DNA of 64,000 nucleotides, taken from an uncultured Solirubrobacterales bacterium. GTDB taxonomy: Bacteria > Actinomycetota > Thermoleophilia > Solirubrobacterales > 70-9. Position numbers and translations under genes: made by a program. The notes under the pieces were generated by a model, which ran no database searches, was not told the origin of the DNA, and saw only the letters and a list, made by a program, of their open reading frames with translations. Shown in pieces: positions 1 through 8,516 of this stretch. How positions within the stretch are numbered: the first letter of the stretch is position 1; each line of letters opens with the position of its first letter. The stretch covers positions 2,623,835-2,687,834 of the forward strand of contig OY970384.1 of assembly GCA_963719435.1 (NCBI GenBank). Direction: 5' to 3'.

Positions 1-1
1 C

Positions 2-913
2 GTGCGCGGCACGGCGATGGTCGCCGCCGACCCGATCGGGCCGCCGGGGGACGAGGGCCGGACGATCGACGAGTTCCTCGCCTTCTGCGCCGGGCGCGGC
101 TGGCGGGTCGCCTTCTTCGCCGTGCGCGAGGCCGACGCCGACCTCTACCGGGCGCGCGGGATGCGCGTGATCTACCTCGGCGACGAGGCGATCCTGCGCT
201 GCGACGAGTTCAGCCTCGACGGCGCCGGCATGAAGGCGGTCCGGACCGCGGTCAAGCACGTCGGCAAGGACCACTCCTTCGAGCTGATCGCCGAGCCCGA
301 GGCGAGCCCGGAGCTGATCGCCGAGCTGAACGAGATCAGCGCCGAGTGGCGCGAAGGGGCACCCGAGCGCGGCTTCACGATGGAGCTGGGCGAGGACGTC
401 GAGGGTGCGCAGCCCGACTTCGTGATCGCCATCGCGCGCGAGCGGCAGGGCGGCCGCGTCGCCGGCTTCCTCCGCTTCGTCCCCGTCTACGGCGACGAAC
501 CCGGCTACTCGCTGGACCTGATGCGGCGCCGGCCCGACTGCGCCAACGGCCTCACCGAGTACCTGATCGCCGAGGCGGCGCTGGCCCTGGGCGCGCGCGG
601 CTTCAAGCGGCTCTCGCTCAACTTCGCCGCCTGGGGGCGGCTGCTCGACAGCGCCGAGGACGCCGGCCTCTCCGGCCGCCTGCAGCGGCTGATGGCGAAA
701 GGCCTGAACCCGTTCTTCCAGATCCAGAGCCTGCGCGACTTCAACCAGAAGTTCGGCCCCGAATGGGTGCCGCGCTCGGTCGTGATCGACGACGCCTCCG
801 ACCTGCCGCGGCTGGCGATGCTCTACGCCAGCGTCGAGGGCTTCCTCGAGGTGCCGGTGCTGAGCCGTGTGCTGGAGCCGCCGATCCGCCAGCGGGTCGA
901 CGCCGCGAAGTAA
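2..913 (+). CDS. DUF2156 / aminoacyl-phosphatidylglycerol synthase C-terminal domain protein (MprF/LysX type), 5' end cut by the window
   Basis: ORF is open at the left edge. Translation carries MprF C-terminal domain hallmarks (GFTMELG, SLDLMRRRPD, NPFFQIQSLRDFNQKFGPEWVPR) and strong third-position G+C. Confidence 0.75.
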   Translation: MRGTAMVAADPIGPPGDEGRTIDEFLAFCAGRGWRVAFFAVREADADLYRARGMRVIYLGDEAILRCDEFSLDGAGMKAVRTAVKHVGKDHSFELIAEPEASPELIAELNEISAEWREGAPERGFTMELGEDVEGAQPDFVIAIARERQGGRVAGFLRFVPVYGDEPGYSLDLMRRRPDCANGLTEYLIAEAALALGARGFKRLSLNFAAWGRLLDSAEDAGLSGRLQRLMAKGLNPFFQIQSLRDFNQKFGPEWVPRSVVIDDASDLPRLAMLYASVEGFLEVPVLSRVLEPPIRQRVDAAK

Positions 914-1018
914 CCTGAGCGCATCCTCGCCGACTTCTGGGAGAACCTCGAGCAGCACCACGAGCAGGGCCTGTTCCTGGTCCTCGTCGGCTTCATCCTC
1001 TCCTTCGCCTTCATCCGC

Positions 1019-1771
1019 ATGAGCACGCGGATCATCCGCAGCGAAAGCGTCTCCTGGTGGCCGGGGAACATCGAAAGCGACAGCGGCGTCCACCTCCACC
1101 ACCTGGTCTTCGGGATCGTCACGATGATGGTCTCCGGGGTGCTGCTCGCCTTCGCCCTCGGCGAAACGCCGCTGACCGAGATCGCCGCGCTCGGCTTCGG
1201 GGTCGGCGCCGGGCTGACGATCGACGAGTTCGCCCTCTGGGTCCACCTCGACGACGTCTACTGGGCCGAGGAGGGGCGCAGCTCGATCGACGCGACCGTG
1301 ATCGCGGCGGCGGCGATGATGCTGATGCTGGTCGGCGCGAGCCCGCTGGCGATCGAGACCGGCTCCGCCTCAGCCGTGATCGGCACGATCGCCAGCGCCG
1401 CGATCGTCTTCGCCTGCGTCGCCGCCAGCCTGCTCAAGGGCAGGATCCTGCACGGCGTAATCGGCTTCTTCTTCGTTCCGGTGGCGATCTACGCGACCTG
1501 CCGGATCGGCAAGCCCAACTCGGCCTGGGCGCGGCGCCGCTACGGCGCGCGGCGGCCGAAGAAGCAGGCGAAGGCCGAAGCCCGGTTCCGGCCGGATCGG
1601 CGCACGGAGCGCTTCAAGAACGCCTTCCGCGACGTCGTCGGCGGCAAGCCCAGCGAGGGCCTGGACGCGGCGCGCGACGAGGCGATCGCGGCGACCCGCG
1701 AGGCGACCGCGGAAGTGCGGCAGCGGGCCGAACAGGTCGCGGCCGGCGAAAAGCCGACCGGCAAGCACTGA
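1019..1771 (+). CDS. integral membrane protein of unknown function (paralogue of 1784..2839)
   Basis: ORF from ATG 1019 with several hydrophobic helices and a basic C-terminal tail. It shares the H-x-HH ... G-x-G-x-G-x-x-IDE pattern with the convergent neighbour. The real N-terminus probably lies upstream of 1019 (see finding at 911-1021). Confidence 0.6.
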   Translation: MSTRIIRSESVSWWPGNIESDSGVHLHHLVFGIVTMMVSGVLLAFALGETPLTEIAALGFGVGAGLTIDEFALWVHLDDVYWAEEGRSSIDATVIAAAAMMLMLVGASPLAIETGSASAVIGTIASAAIVFACVAASLLKGRILHGVIGFFFVPVAIYATCRIGKPNSAWARRRYGARRPKKQAKAEARFRPDRRTERFKNAFRDVVGGKPSEGLDAARDEAIAATREATAEVRQRAEQVAAGEKPTGKH

Positions 1772-1783
1772 GCGCCGCGCCGC

Positions 1784-2839
1784 TCAGTCCGGGAGGCGGC
1801 GGCGCTCCTGCCTGGCCATCAGCCGCACCGAGATCAGCAGCAGGACGTCGACCGCGAGGCCGAACACGGCGCCGAACTGGGACTCGACGAAGGTGAAGAC
1901 GCGGGTGACGAAGATCGAGACCAGCAGCGCCCGGCTGAGCCAGGCGTAGGCATCGAGGCGGTCGCCGCGCAGCAGCCGCTCGAGGCCGACGACGACCAGG
2001 GTGGCGGAGACGGCGGTCGAGGCCAGGGTCGCCCAGTTGATGAAGTTGAGGTGGGAGACCGAGTCCTCCTCGAAGCCGGCGCGGGCGGCGTCGCCGGCGA
2101 AGCCGAAGGAGAGGACGAGGCCGAGGATCGCGGCGACCGAGGCCAGGGCCCAGAGGGCGAAGACGGCGATCACGAGGCGGTGGAACCAGCGCCGTTCGGA
2201 CCAGCGCCCGTAACGGGCGGCGACGGCGTCGGCGAAGCGCCGGTACCAGGGCGGGTTCGGGTTGGGCGTGGTGTCGATCTGCTCGGCGACGCCCAGCAGC
2301 GGGTCGCGCAGCGGCTGCGTCGCCGGGACCTCGCGCAGCAGCGCCAGCGCCTGGTCGCGGTATTCGACCTTGAAGGGGCCGCGGGTCGCCTCGCCGATCA
2401 GCTCGACCGCGTTGCGCACCTTCTCGGCGTCGTCGAGGCCACGGTGGCGCTGGAAGGCGCGCGAGCCGAGGTAGAGGCCGATGAAGATCAGGTAGATGAT
2501 CCCCGCCGCCGGCTTGTAGAAGTAGTCGTTGTCGGCGGTGATGAACTTGCCGAGCTCGTCGATGAAGAAGCCGAAGCCGACGCCGGCGACCAGGGCCGCT
2601 ACCTGGCGGGCGCGGCGGCCGAGGAAGCTGAGCAGGATCGCCAGCGCGACGACCATGAAGAGGCCGCCCCAGAGCAGGTGGGCGATGTGCAGGCCGTGGC
2701 CACCGAGCTGCGGGTAGTGGGTCAGGTAGAGCTGGGTGCGGATGCAGAGCTCGGTGGCGATCGCGGTGACGAAGAAGGTGAGGTGGAGCGCCCCGAGGTT
2801 GGCGTTGCGCGGCGCCCGCTGCAGCAGGTGGACGTTCAC
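1784..2839 (-). CDS. integral membrane protein of unknown function (paralogue of 1019..1771)
   Basis: This is the C-terminal 351 codons of the 897-aa track ORF. GTG at 2839 overlaps the permease stop (GTGA). The rest of the track ORF is an Arg/Pro-rich shadow frame over the permease gene. Motifs present: HGLHIAHLLWGG and GVGFGFFIDE. Confidence 0.6.
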   Translation of the reverse strand: MNVHLLQRAPRNANLGALHLTFFVTAIATELCIRTQLYLTHYPQLGGHGLHIAHLLWGGLFMVVALAILLSFLGRRARQVAALVAGVGFGFFIDELGKFITADNDYFYKPAAGIIYLIFIGLYLGSRAFQRHRGLDDAEKVRNAVELIGEATRGPFKVEYRDQALALLREVPATQPLRDPLLGVAEQIDTTPNPNPPWYRRFADAVAARYGRWSERRWFHRLVIAVFALWALASVAAILGLVLSFGFAGDAARAGFEEDSVSHLNFINWATLASTAVSATLVVVGLERLLRGDRLDAYAWLSRALLVSIFVTRVFTFVESQFGAVFGLAVDVLLLISVRLMARQERRRLPD

Positions 2840-4341
2840 GCGCCGCTCTCCTCCGGAGCCGGTTCCGGCCGGCTGGTGATGCCGGCGGCGATCGTCGCCA
2901 TCTTCTTGCTGCTGTGGGCGCGGGCGTAGAAGAAGTAGACGCAGAGGCCGATCGCGGCCCAGACCGCGAGCCGGATCCAGGTGTCGCCGGGGAGCGTCGC
3001 CATCAGCGCCAGCGAGGAGACGATCGCGGTGCCGGCGACCAGCGGCAGCGCCGGCACCCGGAAGGGCCGCGGCAGGTCGGGATAGCGGCGGCGCAGGGTG
3101 AGGACGCCGGCGGAGACGATGATGAAGGCGAGCAGGGTCCCGATCGAGATCAGTTCGCCGAGCACCGAGAGCGGCACCAGGCCGGCGACGATGCCGCCGA
3201 CGATCCCGCAGAGGACGATCGAGAACTGGGGCGTCTTGGTGCGGCCGCTGACCTTGCCGAAGGCCGGCGGCAGCATCCCGTCCTCCGACATCCGCATGAA
3301 GATCCGGGTCTGGCCGTAGAGGGTGACCAGCACGGTCGAGGCGAGGCCGACGACGGCGGCGAAGTCGGTCAGCTTCAGCAGCCAGTCGAGATCGCGGCCG
3401 CCGGCCTGGAGCGCGACCGCGATCGGATCGGCGACGCCGAGGTCGCGGTAGTCGACCATGCCGGTGAGGACGAAGCCGACGGCGATGTAGACGACGGTGG
3501 CGATGATCACCGTGCCGAGCAGCCCGATCGGGACGGTGCGGCGAGGGTTGCGGGCCTCGGCCGCGGCGGTGGAGACGGCGTCGAAGCCGATGTAGGCGAA
3601 GAAGACGATGCCGGCGCCACGGAAGACGCCGCTCCAGCCGAAGTCGCCGAACCCCCCCTCCGCCGCCGGCAGGAACGGCTTCAGGTTGGAGGAGGAGACG
3701 TAGAAGATGCCGACCACGACGACCAGCAGCAGGATCGAGAGCTTCAGCAGGACCATCGAGTTGTTGGCGACCGCCGACTCGCGGGTGCCGAGCCAGAGCG
3801 CCCCCGAGGTGAGGAACATGATCGCCATTGCCGGCAGGTTGATGATCCCGGGGTCGTCGCCGAACGGGGCGGTGACGAGGGCGTGCGGGAGGTGGACCCC
3901 GAACGAGTCGAGCAGGCTGACGAAGTAGCCCGACCAGCCGACCGCCACGGTCGAGGCGGCGAACAGGTACTCGAGCAGCAGGTCCCAGCCGATGAACCAG
4001 CCGACGAAGGAGCCGAAGGCGGCGAAGGCATAGGAGTAGGTGCTGCCGGCGGCCGGGATCATCGAGGCCAGCTCCGCGTAACAGAGGGCGGTCAGCCCGG
4101 CGACTATGCCGGCGAGGACGAAGGAGATCAGCACCGCCGGCCCCGCGTAGTGGGCGGCGGCGTCGCCGGTGACGACGAAGATCCCGGCGCCGACGACGCT
4201 GGCGACGCCGAGCAGGGTGAGGCTGAAGGCGCCGAGGGCGGTGGAGTTGAGCCGGGTGCGGTCGTGCTCGGCCGTCGCCAGGATCGCGTCGAGGTTGCCG
4301 CGATCCGGCCCGGGGTCGCTCATCGGCCGTGATCCTGCCAC
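2836..4341 (-). CDS. APC-superfamily (cationic) amino acid permease
   Basis: 501-aa ORF with 12-13 hydrophobic segments and the APC signature region GAFSLTLLGVASVVGAGIFVVTG...GPAVLISFVLAG. Start is either GTG 4341 or ATG 4323. Confidence 0.85.
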   Translation of the reverse strand: MAGSRPMSDPGPDRGNLDAILATAEHDRTRLNSTALGAFSLTLLGVASVVGAGIFVVTGDAAAHYAGPAVLISFVLAGIVAGLTALCYAELASMIPAAGSTYSYAFAAFGSFVGWFIGWDLLLEYLFAASTVAVGWSGYFVSLLDSFGVHLPHALVTAPFGDDPGIINLPAMAIMFLTSGALWLGTRESAVANNSMVLLKLSILLLVVVVGIFYVSSSNLKPFLPAAEGGFGDFGWSGVFRGAGIVFFAYIGFDAVSTAAAEARNPRRTVPIGLLGTVIIATVVYIAVGFVLTGMVDYRDLGVADPIAVALQAGGRDLDWLLKLTDFAAVVGLASTVLVTLYGQTRIFMRMSEDGMLPPAFGKVSGRTKTPQFSIVLCGIVGGIVAGLVPLSVLGELISIGTLLAFIIVSAGVLTLRRRYPDLPRPFRVPALPLVAGTAIVSSLALMATLPGDTWIRLAVWAAIGLCVYFFYARAHSSKKMATIAAGITSRPEPAPEESGA

Positions 4342-4370
4342 GGGGACCGGCGCGATTAGGGTCCGACCCG

Positions 4371-5054
4371 ATGACCGCCGAGCGCCCGAGTTCCCAGCTG
4401 CCGACCACGATCGCCGGCCTCGCCGCGGCGCTGCTCTGCAACTTCTGGGTGCTGGAAGGGCTGCTGGCCAAGCGCAACGACCTCTCGGGGGCCTGGATCA
4501 GCGACCTGGCGGCGCGCTCGCAGGCCTACGGCTGGCGCTTCCAGCTGCTCGAAGTCGCCGCCGGGCTGGCGATCGCCGGCTTCGCGGCGCTGTTGCTGCG
4601 GGGGGCGGGAGGCCGGCCCGCGGGCGCGGGCGACACGCAGCTGCTGCGCCGCGGCCTCCTCGCCCTGCTCGCCGCCGGGGCCCTCGCCGCGCTCGGAGGC
4701 GTTGCCCCGCTCAACTGCGCCGAAGCCCTGGAACGGACCTGCGACCTCAGCTACGACCCCTTCGACCTGCTCCACACCGTCGCCAACCTGCTCGAAGTCG
4801 TCGCCCTGGCGGCGGCCTTCGCCCTGGTCGGGATCGGCCTGGCGCGCGCCCAGCCGAGGCTGAGCCGGACGACGCTGACGATCGGCGCCCTCTGGCTGCT
4901 GCTGATGGCGCTGGCCGGGATCGGCTACCTGGTCGGCGACGTCGGCGCGGCCAAGGGCCTGTTCCAGCGCGGCGGCCAGCTCCTGCTCGGCGCCTGGCTG
5001 GCGCTGCTCGGGCTGAGCACTGCGCGCCTGGCGGGACCGGACGAGGGCCATTGA
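4371..5054 (+). CDS. DUF998-like integral membrane protein
   Basis: ORF 4329..5054; ATG at 4371 (MTAERP...) is the preferred start. Multi-pass hydrophobic protein, divergent from the permease gene. Confidence 0.55.
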   Translation: MTAERPSSQLPTTIAGLAAALLCNFWVLEGLLAKRNDLSGAWISDLAARSQAYGWRFQLLEVAAGLAIAGFAALLLRGAGGRPAGAGDTQLLRRGLLALLAAGALAALGGVAPLNCAEALERTCDLSYDPFDLLHTVANLLEVVALAAAFALVGIGLARAQPRLSRTTLTIGALWLLLMALAGIGYLVGDVGAAKGLFQRGGQLLLGAWLALLGLSTARLAGPDEGH

Positions 5055-5231
5055 CCCTCGCTTGCGTAGGACCTGCGTATGAATGCGCAGGCCTCCTTTA
5101 CTGCAATTCGTCCAAAAAGCGACAAGCAGCCTTGCCTTTTCGTTCCCTCAAGTTGGCCCTGGATGGCGCCGATGGGAGGACTTAGCCGGGATCGAGTTCC
5201 CGGCGTCAATCTTTAAAAAGGAGACAAAAGT

Positions 5232-5702
5232 ATGAATTTAGTTACCAAACGAGGTGCCCTGACTGCTCTTGCCGGCGTTTGCGTCCTCGCCATCGCCGCC
5301 GGCGCTTACGCGTACTTCACGACCACCGGCTCGGGCACGGCGACCGCCACCGTAGGCACCAGCTCTGCCGTGACTTTGAAAGGGACCATCGCCGGGAACC
5401 TCTATCCCGGGTCGTCCTCGCCGGTCACGCTGACGGTCGACAACCCGTCCGCGGGGAAACAGCGCGTGGGCACGATCTCGCTGGAAAAAATCACCGCTGA
5501 CGCCGGCCACGCGAGCTGCAGCGTCGTCACCACCGGCGGCAACCCGGACTTCACGATGGCCGACGTCGTCGTCAACAAAACGTACGCGACCGGCAACAAC
5601 CAGGCCGTGACGCCCAGCGGGACGCTGGCGATGAACGACACCGGGGTCAACCAGGACGCCTGCCAGGGCGCAACCCTGACGCTGACCCTGAAAAACAACT
5701 AG
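5232..5702 (+). CDS. small secreted TasA/camelysin-superfamily protein with a SipW-type signal motif
   Basis: Good RBS (AAAGGAGAC) 7 nt upstream of the ATG. The signal anchor is followed by AYAYFTTTGSG (compare TasA WAAFNDIKS). NLYPGSSSPVTLTVDNPSAG and C-terminal NQDACQGATLTLTLK parallel TasA NLKPGDKLTKDFQFENNGS and NKYQGNSIKLQFSF. Confidence 0.7.
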   Translation: MNLVTKRGALTALAGVCVLAIAAGAYAYFTTTGSGTATATVGTSSAVTLKGTIAGNLYPGSSSPVTLTVDNPSAGKQRVGTISLEKITADAGHASCSVVTTGGNPDFTMADVVVNKTYATGNNQAVTPSGTLAMNDTGVNQDACQGATLTLTLKNN

Positions 5703-5724
5703 CGCGTCAGGCCGCTGACCGGCC

Positions 5725-6645
5725 ATGTCTCCTGGCCGCAAGGCGATCAGCCGCGCAAGCGCGATCAGGGCGATCCTCGCCCTGATCGCGCTCTCCGCCT
5801 GCTTCGGGGCAGCCGCGTACGCGGCCACCCGTCCCACGCATCCGGCGCCCGCCCTGGGGGGAAGCAAGCCGGTCGAGGTCGCGCCCCAGCAGGGGAGCGA
5901 CGGACCACGGAACAAGAAGGACGAACCGTTGCTGCAGCCCCGCTTCATCGAATATCCAGAGGCGGTCTCGGCCGAGACCGAGACCCAGTTCCGTTTCCAC
6001 GTGCCGTCGCGGCGTGCGGCGCAGCCGGGCCCGCCACAACCCGGAGCGGCGGCCCCGACGCAACCACGGCCCTTCCAGTGCAGGCTCGACGGCAGCAGGT
6101 GGACGGCCTGCGAATCTCCCCACCGCCTCGACCGCCTCTCCCCCGGCGGCCATACCTTCGCGGTCCGTGCCCTCAATCGCGGCGACCTGCCCGGACCGGT
6201 GATCAGCTACTCCTGGCAGCGGGTCGAGCCCGAGACCCGCGATGGTGGAGTGGACCGGAATGACGAGGTCGGCCCGAGTGTCGAGGTGGACCCGAAGCCG
6301 TTCTCGGTCGAGCTCGGCGGCCAGCTCGAGGAGCTGCATCCAGGCGATCCCGCGCAGGAGCTGCCGGTCCTGATCACGAATCCGAACGCCGTTCCGATCG
6401 AGGTCACGAGCCTCGCCGTCGCCATCGCCGGCGAGCCGCCGGAATGCGGCGCCGAGAACTTCTCGCTGAGCCCTTCGAGCGCATCCGCGGCAACCCCGAT
6501 CACGGTGCCGGCGAACGACTCGGTCAGCCTGCCGACGGCCACCGTCGCGGCCCCGACGATCGCCATGCTCAACCTTCCGGTCAACCAGGACTCCTGCCGC
6601 GGTGTCGACATCCCCCTCGCCTTCGCGGGTGAGGCAGGCGGATGA
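5725..6645 (+). CDS. secreted protein: FxCxLDG Ig-like domain plus a C-terminal TasA-like domain
   Basis: Starts 22 nt after the previous gene. Has a signal peptide and the domain PFQCRLDGSRWTACESPHRLDRLSPGGHTFAVRA. The C-terminal ELHPGDPAQELPVLITNPN ... NQDSCRGVDIPLAF resembles gene 5232..5702. Confidence 0.7.
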   Translation: MSPGRKAISRASAIRAILALIALSACFGAAAYAATRPTHPAPALGGSKPVEVAPQQGSDGPRNKKDEPLLQPRFIEYPEAVSAETETQFRFHVPSRRAAQPGPPQPGAAAPTQPRPFQCRLDGSRWTACESPHRLDRLSPGGHTFAVRALNRGDLPGPVISYSWQRVEPETRDGGVDRNDEVGPSVEVDPKPFSVELGGQLEELHPGDPAQELPVLITNPNAVPIEVTSLAVAIAGEPPECGAENFSLSPSSASAATPITVPANDSVSLPTATVAAPTIAMLNLPVNQDSCRGVDIPLAFAGEAGG

Positions 6646-8507
6646 AGCGCCTCTGCAGAGCCGGCCTCGCGGCAACCCTGTTGGCGACCCTCCTCGCCGC
6701 CATCGGCGGCAGTGCCCTTGCCTATTTCTCCAGCACCGGGAGCGGCACCGCCTCGGCGGCGGTGACGAAACTGAATGCGCCGACGATCAGCGCCGCAACC
6801 GCCGCGGCGGGCGGCACCGTCACCCTGACCTGGGGAGCCGTGACGCCTCCGGGCGCCGGGTCGGTCACCTACTACGTCACCCGCGACGGCGGCAATCCCG
6901 CCGGCACCTGCCCGACCGCGGCGGCTTCGACGACCGTGGTCACCTGCAAAGACGCCGGCCTCGCAATCGGCGAGCACGTCTACAAGGTGACGGCGCTGTG
7001 GGAGACCTGGAGCGCTGCGGGAGCGACCAAAACGGCCAACGTGACGGTTGGCGAAACGACCAAGTTCACGATCTCGGGCAGCACCGCGACCCCCGTCGCG
7101 GGCGGCGCGGTAAATCTCACGATCACCGCCAAAGACGTCAACAACAGCACCGTCACGACCTACACCGGTGCGCACAGCCTGGTCTTCTCCGGCGCCTCAT
7201 CCAGCCCGGCCGGCAACGCCCCCACGGTGGCGAACAGCTCCGGTTCCGCGGTCAACTTCGGCAGCGCCACCGCACTCACCTTCACGTCCGGAGTCGCCAC
7301 CGTCAGCACGACCAAAAACGGCGTCTTGAAAATCTACAAAGTGGGAGCCGCCAACATCGTGGCCAGCGAGGGCTCGGTGACGACGCCGACGCCACTGGCC
7401 CTGACCGTCAGCCACGCCGCGACCTCGAAATACCTGCTCGCCGCGGCGAGCGCCGCGCCCGCGGCCGGTGCCGACGACAACCTCACGATCACCGCCCAGG
7501 ACGCCTACGGCAATCTTGCGACCGGCTACACCGGATCCCACGGCCTCGTCTTCTCCGGCGCATCCGCCAGCACCGGCGGCAACCTGCCGACCGTGTCCGA
7601 CTCGAGCGGTGTCGACGTCGCCTTCGGCGCCGCCACCACGATCGCCTTCGAAGAAGGCGTCGCCGTCGCGGCCGACGGCGATGGCGGCACGATGAAGCTT
7701 CCCCGCAGCGGCTCGACCGCGGTCAAAGCGACCGAGGTGGCGATCGTCACCCCGACCGCCGTGACCGTGACCGTGGCCCCGGGCGCGGCGACGAAACTCG
7801 TGCTCACCGCGTCCACCGCGACCCCGGTGGCGGCGGCGAACTTCAACCTCACGACCACCGCGCAGGATGTCTACGGCAACACGGCGACGTCCTATGCCGG
7901 CGCGAAGAGCATCACCTTCTCTGGTGCTTCCGCCAGTCCCAGCGGAGCCCTGCCGACGGTGGTCAACAACGCCGGCACGGCGACCGCCTTCGGCAGCGTC
8001 ACCGCGCTCACCTTTACCGCCGGCGTCGCCGCCGTCGCCTCCTCGAAAAACGGCTACGCGAAACTGAGCAAAGCCGGTGCGACGAGCGTCTCGGCGACCG
8101 ACGGCACGCTAACGACGGCGGCTCCCCTGGCATTGACGGTTGCGACCGGCTCGGCCTCGCGGGTCGCCTTCCTCGAACTCGTCGCCAGCGCCGGCTCGGT
8201 CGGCTCGCCCTGCCTCTTCACCTGCCCGGTCACGGCGCTCGGCAACTCCGGCACGGTCAAAGCCGATGTCGGGATCACCGACAGCGCCGGCAACCCGATC
8301 TCCAACGTCGGAGCGATCAAAACCGTCACGATCGGCGTCACCACCGGCGGCACGATCAGCGGCTCGCCGCTGACGATCCCCGCCACCGGGCCAGCCGTCT
8401 CCGAAACGGAATTCACCTACACCGCGCCGGCCAGCGGCGCCTTCAGCCACACGATCACGGCAGCCTCCACGGGCTACACCAGCGCCACCTCGGCAGTGAC
8501 CAAATAG
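6642..8507 (+). CDS. secreted multi-domain protein: SipW-type signal motif, FN3-like domain and four Ig-like (Big_1/invasin-like) repeats
   Basis: ATGA overlap with the previous gene. Signal peptide followed by LAYFSSTGSGTASAAV. Contains four tandem units of about 120 aa each (see repeat feature). Confidence 0.8.
   Translation: MKRLCRAGLAATLLATLLAAIGGSALAYFSSTGSGTASAAVTKLNAPTISAATAAAGGTVTLTWGAVTPPGAGSVTYYVTRDGGNPAGTCPTAAASTTVVTCKDAGLAIGEHVYKVTALWETWSAAGATKTANVTVGETTKFTISGSTATPVAGGAVNLTITAKDVNNSTVTTYTGAHSLVFSGASSSPAGNAPTVANSSGSAVNFGSATALTFTSGVATVSTTKNGVLKIYKVGAANIVASEGSVTTPTPLALTVSHAATSKYLLAAASAAPAAGADDNLTITAQDAYGNLATGYTGSHGLVFSGASASTGGNLPTVSDSSGVDVAFGAATTIAFEEGVAVAADGDGGTMKLPRSGSTAVKATEVAIVTPTAVTVTVAPGAATKLVLTASTATPVAAANFNLTTTAQDVYGNTATSYAGAKSITFSGASASPSGALPTVVNNAGTATAFGSVTALTFTAGVAAVASSKNGYAKLSKAGATSVSATDGTLTTAAPLALTVATGSASRVAFLELVASAGSVGSPCLFTCPVTALGNSGTVKADVGITDSAGNPISNVGAIKTVTIGVTTGGTISGSPLTIPATGPAVSETEFTYTAPASGAFSHTITAASTGYTSATSAVTK
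7056..8504 (+). repeat. four tandem coding repeats of about 365 nt (Ig-like domains) inside CDS 6642..8507
   Basis: Units are approximately 7056-7421, 7422-7790, 7791-8153 and 8154-8504. Shared pattern: T-K-[FLY]-x-[IL]...NLT[IT]TA[KQ]D.YGN...Y.G...[LI].FSGAS.S..G..PTV....G....FG..T...F..GVA. The fourth unit is divergent. Confidence 0.8.
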
Positions 8508-8516
8508 GCGCCCGCG

